Below the pieces are notes generated by a model that worked only from the letters and a program-made list of their open reading frames with translations, made no database searches and had not been told where the DNA came from. From positions 45,948,401 through 46,012,400 of the forward strand of contig CM120641.1 of the NCBI GenBank assembly GCA_051362555.1: DNA of 64,000 nt. Direction: 5' to 3'. This document shows positions 33,577-45,197 of this stretch, in pieces; within the stretch, counting starts at the first letter, position 1, and every line of letters starts with the position of its first letter. The translations under genes and the position numbers were made by a program. Source of the stretch: Lingula anatina. Lineage: Eukaryota; Animalia; Brachiopoda.

Positions 33577-36500
33577 GTTTGTGCTACGTCCTTTCGCTTT
33601 CACCCAAATAATAATCTGTAGAGTTGCCCGATGTCTCTTTTGTTTGCATGACTAACTCACATTGATGGTTTGGCAATTTTTTAAAGAATCAGTTTGTGAA
33701 TGATTTTAATGGAAATGCCAGGAAAGAATTAGGATAACCAATCTTACAGTTGGTATACTTGCCATAACAAGTTTTATTAGTAGTAGTACTATAGTAGTAC
33801 CAGTAAAGTTTGGAAGACCAAATCATTGTACCCATTGCAGTAGTCTTCTTTTATTCGCTGAACTGCCCCATAGTATTCTTTCATTTAACACTTAATGAAG
33901 TCTTTTTAATGTGCCAATTTTATGCCTGCTTAGTGCTAGCTTTTTATGGGTCATACATGTACCACAGTATTTTTACCTTCCATGACGACTTCTTCCCATG
34001 GTAAAATAGTTTCATCTCTTCTAATTTTCTGAAAAGATGCAGCCCCATGAACTTGAAACATATTTTGAACAGAAATAGGTAAACGTTTAGCAGATGGAAA
34101 AGAACTTTATGAGAGAAAAATACTGTGGAATAGGCCTATGCACTGTTGACTTTTGTGAATTATGCTGCTTGCTTCTATTTGTCTCAAAAGTGTTCCAGAT
34201 TTCTCTTCAGACAAATATTTGGAGAATGTGCTTTGAATTAATATCTTATGATCAGTTATCTGAGCAGACTTCTTCTTTGAAATGTCAGAAACAAAGCCAA
34301 ATATAGCGATCTTTACAGAAAGCTTTTATTTGCCACCAGAGAGAGAGAGAGAGATAGAGGTTAAATTCAGAAGTCAAATAGTAAGCTCTGGAAGGACTAA
34401 TGCTTTCTGTTGTACTTTATCCAGAACTTTTTAGAATCTGAAGATCTGTTCTTACCTTGTTAACAGAGAAACATTGGCCTGTCACAGTTTTGCACTTCAA
34501 GACTTTTTATTGCTTAGCTTTATGTGTGCCTGCGAATTCATGACATATGAAATCATATGAGGATTTTAATATATTTAAGAACCATTCTGGCATTTTTAAT
34601 GACATAAATTATTTGAAGCCGCATAAAACATCTGCTTCAGAGAAATTTTTAAGGCAGTTATGTATAAATCTATAGATTTGACTTATAAGTTAGTGGTATT
34701 CAGCCAGGCAACAATAAAGCTTACAGAACTAAATTCTGTTTCTAGCGAGATGAGCTTGAAGACCTAGAAGCTCTGAGATCTGCCGTGTTAGCCTCTATGA
34801 AGATGGTAAGTTTGGTTTCACATGGAGTGGTCACACTAACAAGTAACAAATGCATACCGAACTTGCTTCCTCAGTAAAATCACTTGCTTTATTGATTCAA
34901 AATGCTTTGCAAAATGATTGATGTATTGATAAGTCAGGTAGATATTGAATGATTTTTCAAAAATTGGCTTGCTATTCCCACGTGCTCCAGGGTGCATGTA
35001 GATGATATATGTGAGGTTGTTTTTCTACATAGGAAAAGATAACTTAAACTGTGATTAAGCATTGTACATATTAAAATCTTTTGTAGAAATCCAAAGATGA
35101 AGAAGGCAGCAAGGACAGTGAGAAGGAAGAAGCAGGGGAAGATCCTGAACTAGCTGCTCTAAGAGCTGCTGCTTTGCAGACCAAGAAGGCAACTGTTGGA
35201 AAGGTAATAAATATTACCCTGTAATTCTGATGAAAACTGCATAAATCTTTGGAATTATATTAGGGATTGCATTAGTACAAGGAAATGTGTGACATGTTAA
35301 GACTTCTCATCTTGAAAGGAAAGTTAAATTCTTAAGAAACAAACATATATGTGCACAAAGATAAACAACTAAGATTCAAACTTCTATATGCATTCCCCCA
35401 ATTCAGCTCCTGAGCAGTGAAAAAAGAAAACCAACACACCATCACCAAAAAAGAGAAAAGAAAGGATCATTCCCTTTCAAACACAACAATCGTCCAAGTA
35501 ACCTGATAGTCATCCAGACAGCCCCGCCTGAGGGGGAAGAGAATGGGACCCTGACGAACCCAGGGCAGAGAGAGACGGAGAAGACTGTCCCCGTAATGCT
35601 GAGACCACAGGACAAGTGGCTGGGGGGTCTGGCTGACGTTAATAGTGCCACAAATAGTCCACAGAGAGAGAAACCCAAAGGTATGATGTATTGTTCGAAG
35701 TTAGAAGGATTTTTTGCATACAAAGTCTCACCTCACATATAAGGGCATATTCCAAATGAAACTATGGTTTCCAGAACCCAGATGCAACAGCGTATGTTAT
35801 GTGTGTCACTTTTGTATTATTAAACAATCCTGAAACATACCCTGCACGTAGACTTTCACCCTTATCACTAAGAGGTTGACCTCACTTCGTATGGATAATC
35901 CCTAATGTTTATCATGCTGTGGAGAATCTGGACATTAATTTGTGGTACATGTTTTCCTCTGCACCTCAAAGAAATTGTGTTTGTTACTCATGAGTGCCAT
36001 TTGCAAAACTGTATAATTCATCATTTTAATATTCTTCAATTTTCAGACAAATTCAGTCGATATGAGTCCAGTGACAGTGAAGGATTCTCATCATCGTCTG
36101 GGGAAGAAAGCGAAGAAGAAGAGGCAGAGGAAGAAGAAAAGTCTGACAATAGTGATTCTGATAATTCTGAAAAAGAATCATTGAAATCTGGATCCAATCA
36201 GTCAAGCAATGATGTATCAGATGTGGGAACTGAGGATGAAGATGAGGATGTTGTCATGGAAACAGTTGACGAGGTTGGGGGCTCAGATAAAAGTAGCAGT
36301 GAAGAGGAGAATTCCAGTAATGAAGCTTCAGGATCAGAATCAGAGAATGACCATGACAGTAGTGCAACAGAAAATTCTGTCAAACACAAACAAAATGAAA
36401 CCAAAAAAGAAAACACTGAAAGTGCTAATGATCAACAAAATGTGCAAAGTACCAATGTAAACTATTTAAAAAATCAGATGTCAGGGCCAGGTCATACGTC

Positions 36501-39500
36501 CACAAAACCCAGTTCACATAGCGATTCAGAAAGGAGCCATTCATACAGACAGAGTTCCTCAAAATCTAGACACAATACTGGAGTTGATAATAGGTCACAG
36601 AGACAGTCAGCAAAAGACTCGCGGAATAATGGCACAAACTCTTTAGAACATTTAAAAGAAAGATTAGGGAGAGATTTTATTGAAAAACGATCGAACTCTT
36701 ATGAAAGAAAACATTTAGGTCAAGGTCAGGTCAGGTCAAGGACACATTCTAGGGAGCCGACTAGACATCGAAGTGACAGACCTCATGATCGTGAACATCC
36801 TAGGAGAGGTAGAACATCTCCAAGGCGAGATTTTAAAATGGACCAAATTCCTCACAAGAACAGTGAGAAAGTGAAAAGAGACGGGCCTAATGTTCCTCAC
36901 AGGGGTGAGGACAGAAGTAGAACTGGTCAGTCAAGGTCATATAGAGAAGCCAAAGATATTGTGCGCGATAAATCCTTAAATCCTTCTAAAACCAGTGCTG
37001 ACAAAGAGCATACACCAAGAAGGGAGATGGATGCTAAGCATAAAACTGGAAACAGTGCCAAAGAAAATGATTCAGGCAGGGCCAATGACAAGGAGATACC
37101 TGAGGGTGCAAATGGAAAGCAACAGGAAACTTCAGACAGAGACAGTGATTCAGAAAGTTCTTCTAGTTCCCTTGGTAGCAGTTCAGACGCAGATTTGGCT
37201 GAGGACAGCGACAGTGAGGATGATGCACAGCCCTGGCGCTTCACGCACACTGGACAGGGGAAAAAGTCCCACGATACAAGACAGCTATTTGAAAGAGACA
37301 TAACAGACATTGAGCGTGAAAGGCGCTTAAAAAAACACGCAGAAAGTGACAAAATTAATACTAGTCTAGAACCAAATAACGAGAGATCTCAAAGGCCCAG
37401 ATATGGTGATAGGAGAGGACACGAGAGATCTCGCCACAGGGATTTTGATAGGAGATCTGAAAGAGATGAAAAGGGTTCCAGGCATAGATCTCACAGAGAA
37501 CCAGGGTCACAACTAAATGAAAGAGATTCAGGTCCAAAATTAAGTGCGAGAGATAAGGATTCAAAAGTTGGTGCAAAAGATGTCAGGTTAAAAACGGATC
37601 CTAGACACCCTGATCCCAAAAAGGATTTCAAACATTTAGGTGCTGAACGAACTATGAGGGATATCGGCTCTCGGAAGGACATGAGAGACATGCATTCAAA
37701 AAGAGGTGCAAGAGGTATAGACTCAAAAAAAGATACAAAAGATGTGGACCCAAGAAGAGATGCAAAAGATGTGGAACTAAAAAGAGATGGGAGAGATATA
37801 GATACTAGAAGGGATCATATGCAAAAAGATCACCACCCCGGCAGGATAATTGACCCAGCTAGACATGGACCGAAGAGAAGGTATCATTTGGACAGTTTAC
37901 CTACAAGGAAATTTGAAGATTTTGAAAGCGAAAGTGAAAGTGACAGTGACAATAAAAAGGGCCCACCTTTGAAATCATTCCTGTCAGTGGTTAAAAAGGA
38001 CAATACACAAAATGAATTAGTCCCTCAGGTGAAAAGACCCTACATGCCTTCTCCACAGAAATCCGAGTGGCAACCAAAAAGAAAGAAAAGAGAAAAGGAA
38101 CTTAACAGAACTGAAAATAGTCCTTTTGATCCTCCTGTTGTTAAACCTCTCCTCGGTGCAAGCTCGAGACCTGACACTGCCCTTCAGGGTCTTCCATCTA
38201 GAATTACAGATGCAAGAGAACTAATAAGAAAAAGGAGAGGGAAGCAAGAAAATGTGAACAATTCTCCAGAAAAAGTTCCAAAAACATCTTCTGATCTGGA
38301 GACAAAGCCCAGTCCCATAATACATGTCACATTTAACAAAGGTAATAATTCTAATAAAGTAGTTAATTTTTTAATGTTCTTACATTGAAGTTGGATTAGC
38401 CCTTATTGGCATGGCTATTGTTTGGGGGCTGTGTATTTCAACTGGGCCCAACTTGGACAGAAAATGAAATACTACTGTTCTCATGGCCATGGCCACTTGT
38501 GGAGCACAGTGCTTGAATTACTTTAGTAGTAGGAAATGTATTTGGCGAGCTTAGCTTTTTACAGACACCTGCTGCAGAGATGGGTTGAGCTGTTGATAAT
38601 GAAAACTAATTTGAGAGATTCCATAGTTCATTATGTAGACTGATAAAAGTGAACCATTATGAAACTTTATTCATTAGACATGCCTGATGCTTTACAAAAG
38701 GTTATGAGTCATACGCTGATCAATATAAATATTTTGCTTTCTATGTATTGGTTTGCTATTTTAGATAATTTGTTAAGTGCCAAAATAAAAAAAATGCAAA
38801 ACTAGCATTTTATGAACTACATAGATTAATACTTATTTGCTTCAGTGCACATAATATAAAACTTATTTTATTATTCTTTTTCAGATGACTCAACCCCTGA
38901 TCAGTCCTCAAAGAGTAGGCCCTCCATTCTCCAGAGGATAGGACTACCAGGCCAGAAACTCGGACACCGGTCAGTTAAGAGTGACCCCATTCCCCATTTA
39001 GATACAGGCAGCAGTCAAATATCAAATAACCCACAAGTAAATAGAGACAAGCCACTCATCACTCCCTTGATGGACATAGACCTTAAAGCAGGTGTTGGTG
39101 TTATAAAATTAAATGATACATCAGATAAAACCAGGCCAAAGCAAAACAGAGTGAAAATGGAAGAAGAAAAACCTGTAGAAGAAACTGAAGAATGTTCACA
39201 ACCCAAATCTACCATCATCAGACTTTCTACAAAACGTGAGGAGGTAAAGCAAAATAAAAATTCAGAACGGACTGAATTTGAAGACACAAAATGTCAAAGT
39301 GAACCTAAATCCACTGTCATTAAGTTAAATAAAAAACCCTCAGGTAAATCAAATATTTTAAAATTGAATCACGGTGGTGAAAATCCCATGCCAAATATAG
39401 TGAAATTGAACAGGGGATCTTCTCAAAAAGAGGTCAGAAAGTCGGAAGTCAAAATAATTCAGCCTTTAAATGGACAAGAGCAAGAGGAGCCACATGACAC

Positions 39501-40182
39501 CAGGGTGTTTTTGAAGGACAAAAATGTAGAAAGTAGCAGAGTGCAATACAGGGATTTCCAGGAACCAAGTGATGTAAGAACATTTGTCAAATCACAGGAA
39601 AGTGTGTCAAGAACTGTTAGTATCAAGTCCAGACTTGGAATCAATGTGGAGAATAATTCTGGAAGTGGAAACACCGTAATTGCAAAGACAGTGCCACATG
39701 TTGGAGGAAGGAAAATTAAAATTAATCGTAAAGTTGCAGTAGAACCAATGATTGGACGCAAAGTGGAAAGATCGGACAAGGCGGAATCACCGACATTAGG
39801 TAAGAAAACTTTTTTTTTTTTTTGGGGGGGGGGGGGGGGTACTAAATGGGCTATGTTGCTTAAATGTGTCAGCAAGTTGATTTTAAGTGAGTTTTTTTTT
39901 TTTTTTAATTAACTTTTGTATGTCAGACTTGGAGAAAGTTGTAACACAGATTCTGTCAATTGATTTTAGGGATCGGTGTCAAAATCCATTAATACAATGT
40001 GTTTTAGTTCTTCTCATTTATCTAGCTTTCTGTATATTCTTCTGTAAATAGGTCATGAAAGGGATGCTGTGGATGACCTAGATGCCAAAATTAGACGTAT
40101 CCAGGAGAAGAACGCTGCCATTTTGAAAAGACACATTGAGATTAAGGAGGACAAACAAATATTTGGTGGCAATGTTGTATGA
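33559..40182 (+). CDS. Uncharacterised, largely disordered, charged (S/E/D/R/K-rich) probable nuclear protein, about 1269 aa, 7 exons, with a C-terminal CCDC9-like helix
   Basis: Exons 33559-33576, 34746-34805, 35087-35203, 35407-35680, 36047-38341, 38885-39799, 40052-40182. All are GT-AG and phase-consistent (0,0,0,1,1,1), totalling 3810 nt with no internal stop. Starts MASGSERDELEDLEALRSAVLASMKM and ends LDAKIRRIQEKNAAILKRHIEIKEDKQIFGGNVV*. AATAAA occurs at 40801 and near 41289. Confidence 0.85.
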
Positions 40183-41479
40183 CATGCCTACTGCTCATTG
40201 GACTCTTGCTACAATGAAATTAATTTATGCCATATTTTTTGATAATTTGCTTTAAGCCAGTGTAGTATTTTGAACTAACTCACTGATGAATATGACAAAA
40301 AAAACTATATTATTCTTTCTAAAGGTCAGTTTTGCATTTTGTTTGGCATTAGACAAATATGTACTTTGTTAGTCCTGATTTACGGCTATAAATGCAAAAA
40401 AATCTCAACGGGGACACAATGTTTTCTCCTCAACAATGAAAACCTAGTAGGAGGATGTGAAATTTAATCAGTTTAGGACTACAAAAGCCCATTAGGAACT
40501 CAAACTTATAATTACGAGAGGTTGCCATAGAAATTTCACAGCTGTACTTGATTTATTAGAGACAATTCTGGCATTGCAATTGAAAATATTGACTGTAATT
40601 GTTCCTGTAAATATGAGGAGTTCACAGTGGATCATCACCTCACAGATCTTTTCAAATCCTTATCTTATTTGGGAGAGAGGACGTAACAGCAGGTATAAAA
40701 AAAACATGCTTAAACCTGTGCTCTTCATTTTATGTAATTTAACTTTTTGATTGTATTCTCAAAACCAGTTCAGGTTAGTTACTTTTGTGGACTTGGATTG
40801 AATAAACATATCAATTTAATAATGTAGTCCATTAAATTATGAAGGTAATGTTTATTTTGCAGTTCTGCATAATGAGAGGGGTCATACTATTAGTACTGCC
40901 CAATTAAGGTGCAGTGTTTCAAGTTTGTGTTCAATTTGACATGCAGCTTATGATAAAAAGGTGCTTTTTGCTGCTGGCGGCCTTTCCTTTTCATTGTTTA
41001 TTTTTTTCTCATGTCAAACTGTCTGATTCAAAATAACTACGAAAACTGTTTTTTAATGTGACAGTCTCTTTCTTGTTAGTAAGTGTTTTATTGTGGCCTC
41101 CAGAAGGAGGCTGGTGATTGGATGAAAGAAACATTCTTAAGTAATTTGATGTCATCTTGTCTATTTATTTAAATTTATAGTCATTAATATAAGGGGGAAA
41201 GAAATGGGCCTACATGATCCTTGGCAAACAGCCGTGCAATACATTTGGATTAACAATCTGTACATACATGAGTATTGATGACAATGATAATAAAAGTTCC
41301 TTTTTTTGTACACGTGTCGTTTATTTATTGACGTATCTTTTCATTCGGAATTGTATTATTTAAAAACTGAGTGATAGTAAATATAAGTTGAGTTTTAATA
41401 AGAATAAAAAGACGGGGTGGGAAATTCTCTAAGTATTTGCGGGAAAAAGGTCAAATGTCGCAGTGAGATCGCCAATGTA

Positions 41480-41943
41480 CCCTCTACCAGGGTGAGTGAT
41501 AGATTTTTTACAGATATTCACAGATATGTCTCTGGCTAGATAGATGGTCATTTTCAACTCGACTCACCCTGTTGAGGAATCCCAAGGTTGATTACATGGC
41601 TGGTAATTGTTTGCATAACTGCTCAGGCACTGCCACTTAGCGGGTCCAGTCTAAGTCCGCTTGACAGCAATAAAGACAGTTAATTATTCTGACTTCAATC
41701 ACTTGCTCTACTACTGTGACAGATAAAAAAGCCTTAGACTGGTTGCGTAACGAGCAGTTAGCACATCGTCGCGAAGCGAAGCTCATGCAGAGCGAGAATA
41801 AAGCCCTCTGCGCGCGGGCAGAGATAATTGCTCCCACATGGGATTCCTCAACAGGGTGAGTTGAGTTGAAAATGACCATCTATCTAGCTAGAGATATATC
41901 TGTGAATATCTGTAAAAAATCTGTCACTCACCCTGGTAGAGGG
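41480..41943. mobile_element. MITE with about 105-bp terminal inverted repeats and a probable TA target-site duplication
   Basis: 41480-41584 (CCCTCTACCAGGGTGAGTGA...GAGGAATCCCA) is nearly the exact reverse complement of 41839-41943, and TA flanks both sides. Confidence 0.92.
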
Positions 41944-43194
41944 TATCGGCAATGCATGATTTCCTATTCGAGTTCAATATTGACTGTGGGCATATGTCTG
42001 CTAGGAGTTTTGCACATTTTATTTTCATTGAACGTTGTAAAGTTATACATTTTGAGATAGTGAAATTCCTAAACAGTATGAAAAACAAAAAGACAAAAAC
42101 GGACACCACCTATAGTGTTGCGCTTGACAAGCTCTACAAACTGCGACAAACAAGAGGCCTCTAGCATTTTTCTTTCCAGAATTACAGTTTTCAGTTTCGG
42201 CATCTAATGGCAGCCTCTCCTTAGAAAATGCGCCAATTGACCCTAAATTCACGAAGATGAAAAGGACGCCCCAAGTATAGGTGTAGTTTCAGAAAATCGC
42301 CACCAACATTTTTTCACGGAAATTAAATTTTTTGAGAAAATTTTGGCCCGTTTGACCTTGAAATAAAAGTAAAAAAATACTTCTGTAGTAGCTTTTCCCA
42401 TAATTCCATTGTTTTTTTCCAAAATTTTGACGAGCGTCACGCCTAGGCGAATGCACCGACAAAGACCGAAATCCAGGGGGATCAAGTTGAAATTATTTTT
42501 GACTTCATTCTAAGAAATGGGGACAAAGGTCCTTGGGGTGTAGGAGGAGAAGAGGTAACAGTGACTTGTATCAGACGACAGAGAGCCAAACGAGACGGAT
42601 CGGGGCTCAAACGATGAGTACTGCTAGGGCTCACGCTGGTGGTACACGTACAAATAATATTCCTATTTTCTACAATACCTCTCTCTTGCCTAATAATGAT
42701 GCTTCAAAGCGCACAGGCGACATTTTCTTTTTGGCACCGTTAAACTGCTACCATTTCGCTGACGCCCCCTTGTTATGTACAGACACAGCTGTATCTGTAC
42801 GTATAGCCGCAACCTGGCTGCGTATGTTGTCAACATCGTCTCCGTTGCACTTTCAGAGATAACACGATAAATGGAAAACCGTTTCACCTCTTGTCCTCAA
42901 ACTGACAGAACTGATAAAAACTTCTAAAGGTCAAGTTCGAAAATCAGCTTGGTCGGACCATTTTTCCCAAAGTTATCCTTTTTCAGCATATGTATGCAAT
43001 ACAGAGAACACATTTCAAGGAAAACCGATAGGTTCCTCATTTATTTAATTCATTAGGTTAGGCAACTGGAATTAGTATAAATAAAAATAAAAAGTGATGT
43101 CATGCGCCACAATTACATGATTAACCTTTTCCTAAACAGTGGCCTAACGCATGTTGACTGTTTTAAATTGAAACCGATAGCCCAACAGGCCATT

Positions 43195-44859
43195 TTAATT
43201 TAAAATCAAAATTTCAACTACGAACAATACACCAGCTGAATACAAATAAAAGGCTACTGATTTTAACGGTGAATTTAAAACTGTAAAACCGTTACAAAAT
43301 GCTTCGTAGTAACGGGAGTTCGCTCCTACAATCAGTTCACTACAACATTTTTCTTTGGCATGAGACATGAAGTCTGACTGCAGTGCTAGTCCTTTGTACT
43401 CTGGAGGAGAAGCGCAGGTCCCGTCTAGCTCAAAATCCGGTCCACCACGTGCGATATCGCGGTAAAGGCGGCACGTGCAGTTGACTGGGTTCTGATCGAG
43501 CTGCAGCCATTGAAACAGCGTGCCGTCAAATTCAGGGTCGGTGATGTTGTTTGAGGTGACGGAGAGAATCAAGTTCCCGCGGTAGGTTTTGAAGTCGTCA
43601 AATGCATCACGTGCGACGCTGCGAATCTGCATCCAGTTGAAAGTGAAGCGCTGAATGTCAAGCCCTTCAAATGTTTGTTTGGTCAGGGTGGTGAAGTTGT
43701 TTGACGAAGCATCGACCCATTGCAAACGCTTTAAAGTTTTGAGAGGTTCTAATGGAAGCTCAGTAAAACCAAATTTTCGAATTAGAATGTATTCCAGTCT
43801 GTCTTCGATTCCTTGGAACATATCACTGGTGAAATTCAAAGGGTTTGCGCTCAAGGAAAGCTGAGTAAGATTCGTGAGTGACGATAACGCCCCTGGGGGG
43901 AGTTTGGTGATCTGATTGTAAGAAATGTCTAAATAATTGAGTGCTGTCAGTGGCGCGAAAGCCTCAGACGGTACGGATGGCAAGTAACTGTAGTAAAAGC
44001 CAAGAGTTTTCAGGTTGTTTCCGACACCAACGAAGGCCTGTTTGTCAATGGCGTCAGGTGCATTTAAGTTATTTCTACTTAACTGCAGTTCTTGTAGACT
44101 TGTGAGCGTTTGGAAGGCTGCTGCAGGTACCTTACTGATCCTATTTGAATCGAAGGTCAACGTTCGCAATTTGATGAGACCTTTTAAAGCGTTTATCGGA
44201 ACTTCACTCAGCATATTTCCGTAAAAAGTCAGTTCTTGGAGGCCTTCCACTCCTAAAAACGCACCGTCCTCGATAGCATTGATGTATGAACGGCTTAAGT
44301 CTAATTTTTTCAACTTTTGTAGATTTCGAAAAGCGTTATTTGGGACGACCCCGTAATTCGTGTTTCCGCCAAGGTTAAGTTCGGAGATATTCACAGTTTG
44401 CGCAAGGCAGGGCCATGGCAATGTTGATAATTTAAGTTTGTTATCGGCAAGGGACAAAACTCCAAGAGACTTTTTAACAGCACTGAAAGCGCTTGCAGAT
44501 ATGGTGGCAATCTTGTTTTCGGAGAGATCGATGCCATACACGGGTACAGCTTCGAAGGCTTCAAAGGCTGAGTTGCTGACGCTTGTGATCGCATTTCCAG
44601 TCAACAGAATCTTGTCAATTGCGCGTTCTGTGTAATGTGTAAATGCTGGTATATTGGTAAAACCTTTGGAAGAGCAGTCAATGACGTATATGGGTCTCAA
44701 TGTGTATGGATCGGTGGTGTTTCTGCATTCGCATGGCGCAGGCGCAGGACAAGTTGCTTCCGTTTGAAGAACTTGAACGAATCCCACTAACACGGCCACC
44801 AAAAAACAGCAATGTAGTTTCACAGGCACACTGTTCTGAAATGATAATGTAAGACTCAT
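43195..44859 (-). CDS. Extracellular leucine-rich repeat protein (signal peptide, LRRNT, roughly 14 LRRs, LRRCT, hydrophobic C-terminus, probably a GPI signal), 554 aa, uninterrupted CDS
   Basis: Hydrophobic leader FLVAVLVGFVQVLQTEA, cap CPAPAPCEC...IDCS, repeated LxxLxLxxNxL units, LRRCT NPVNCTCRL...CASPPEYKG, and terminal VAFYLYSAGVLFVVEILILN with no cytoplasmic tail. A 5'UTR intron is possible (donor near 45251, acceptor near 44866 or 44878). Confidence 0.93.
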   Translation of the reverse strand: MSLTLSFQNSVPVKLHCCFLVAVLVGFVQVLQTEATCPAPAPCECRNTTDPYTLRPIYVIDCSSKGFTNIPAFTHYTERAIDKILLTGNAITSVSNSAFEAFEAVPVYGIDLSENKIATISASAFSAVKKSLGVLSLADNKLKLSTLPWPCLAQTVNISELNLGGNTNYGVVPNNAFRNLQKLKKLDLSRSYINAIEDGAFLGVEGLQELTFYGNMLSEVPINALKGLIKLRTLTFDSNRISKVPAAAFQTLTSLQELQLSRNNLNAPDAIDKQAFVGVGNNLKTLGFYYSYLPSVPSEAFAPLTALNYLDISYNQITKLPPGALSSLTNLTQLSLSANPLNFTSDMFQGIEDRLEYILIRKFGFTELPLEPLKTLKRLQWVDASSNNFTTLTKQTFEGLDIQRFTFNWMQIRSVARDAFDDFKTYRGNLILSVTSNNITDPEFDGTLFQWLQLDQNPVNCTCRLYRDIARGGPDFELDGTCASPPEYKGLALQSDFMSHAKEKCCSELIVGANSRYYEAFCNGFTVLNSPLKSVAFYLYSAGVLFVVEILILN

Positions 44860-45119
44860 ATGAATCTATAATTTATCTAAAATTGTATTTTGCTCCTTTT
44901 TCATTTTATTTATTTTCTAATTATTTTTGTTGTTATTGTTGCTTTTGTTTTCTTAAAGAAATCATGTTATTCTGAAGCATTTTATAGGCTACTACAAGTA
45001 AGACACCAAGCTTAGCAATTGCAATTTATAAGTTCTTTTCCATTATTTCTAATCTTGGTGGAGGAATAATTACCAATCGCCGACAATTTAGACTAATATT
45101 CAGTATGCAATCACCGCTA

Positions 45120-45120
45120 A

Positions 45121-45193
<73 letters not shown>
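45120..45193. repeat. (TA)n microsatellite
   Basis: Seen directly; other (TA)n tracts lie at about 46107-46169 and 54234-54278. Confidence 0.95.

Positions 45194-45197
<4 letters not shown>

Noticed and set aside
35905-36046. Listed start Met of the 827-aa ORF
   Set aside because: This part is intronic read-through. The acceptor TTTCAG at 36041-36046 joins the upstream exon in phase.
36198-39875. Several minus-strand ORFs opposite the large exons
   Set aside because: They are antisense shadows of low-complexity coding sequence, with no independent signals.
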